Assembly: GCF_004010195.1 (NCBI RefSeq)
Contig: NC_057760.1
Coordinates: forward strand, 2,270,343 to 2,322,313
DNA from: Chiloscyllium plagiosum
Taxonomy: Eukaryota
DNA length: 51,971 nucleotides
Reading direction: 5' to 3'
A program made the translations under genes and the position numbers. The notes under the pieces were generated by a model. It was not told where the DNA came from. It saw nothing but the letters and a program-made list of their open reading frames with translations, and made no database searches. Positions 51,520-51,971 of the stretch are shown piece after piece. Within the stretch, counting starts at the first letter, position 1. Every line of letters begins with the position of its first letter.

Positions 51520-51971
51520 TTGCTGGAACAGCACAGCAGGTCAGGCAGCATCCAGGGAACAGGAGATTCGACGTTTCGGGCACAGGCCCTTCTTCAGGAA
51601 TGAGCAGAGAGTGTTCAGCAGGAGAAGATAAAAGGTAGGGAGGAGGGACTTGGAGGAGGGGAGTTGGAAATGTGATAGGTGGAAAGAGGTCAAGGTGAGG
51701 GTGATAGGTCGGAGTAGGATGGAGGCGGAGAGGTCAACAAGAAGACTGCAGGTCAGGAAGGCGGTGCCAGGCGGGAGGGATTCGGCTGAGACAAGGGGGG
51801 GGGAGGGGGATGAAGAAACTGGTGAAGTCCAAGTTCATCCCCTGCGGTTGGAGGGTTCCCAGTCGGAAGATAAGACGCTCCTCCTCCGACCGTCGGGTTG
51901 TTGTGGTTTGGCGGTGGATGAGTCCAATGACCTGCATATCCTCGGTGGAGTGGGAGGAGGAGTTGAAATGC
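51520..51971 (-). mobile_element. Penelope-like element 3' end (runs off the window)
   Basis: RRSEEERLIFRLGTLQPQGMN endonuclease C-terminus, followed by a family A terminus. Confidence 0.88.
51566..51601 (-). ncRNA. Intact minimal type I hammerhead ribozyme
   Basis: ATTC-CTGAAGA-A-GGGC-CTGT-GCCC-GAAA-C-GTC-GAAT. Perfect 4-bp helix I and 4-bp helix II, GUC cleavage triplet. Confidence 0.8.

Overview
Vertebrate genomic DNA, not prokaryotic. The repeat complement (HE1/V-SINEs, Deu-domain SINEs, CR1 LINEs, Penelope-like elements, a ~70-bp shark-type satellite) points to a cartilaginous fish, most likely a shark (inference). Two divergent spliced genes can be built by hand with GT-AG introns and consistent phases. 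SHE (minus strand) has 4 coding exons from 25861 down to 301; its SH2 exons lie beyond the left edge. TDRD10 (plus strand) has a CpG-island first exon near 32075 and RRM exons through 50169; its Tudor exons lie beyond the right edge. This matches the SHE/TDRD10 head-to-head arrangement known in human. The most unusual content is: (1) more than a dozen minimal hammerhead-ribozyme motifs in three sequence families, carried by Penelope-like ends and by tiny TSD-flanked palindromic elements with one core on each strand; (2) a 4.8-kb duplicated VNTR-containing retroposon-like block whose junction holds a templated piece of a nearby insertion junction; (3) a Lys/Gly heptad-repeat expansion in SHE exon 1; (4) candidate endothelial and nuclear-receptor enhancers. 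All identifications come from reading and recall; no database search was run.
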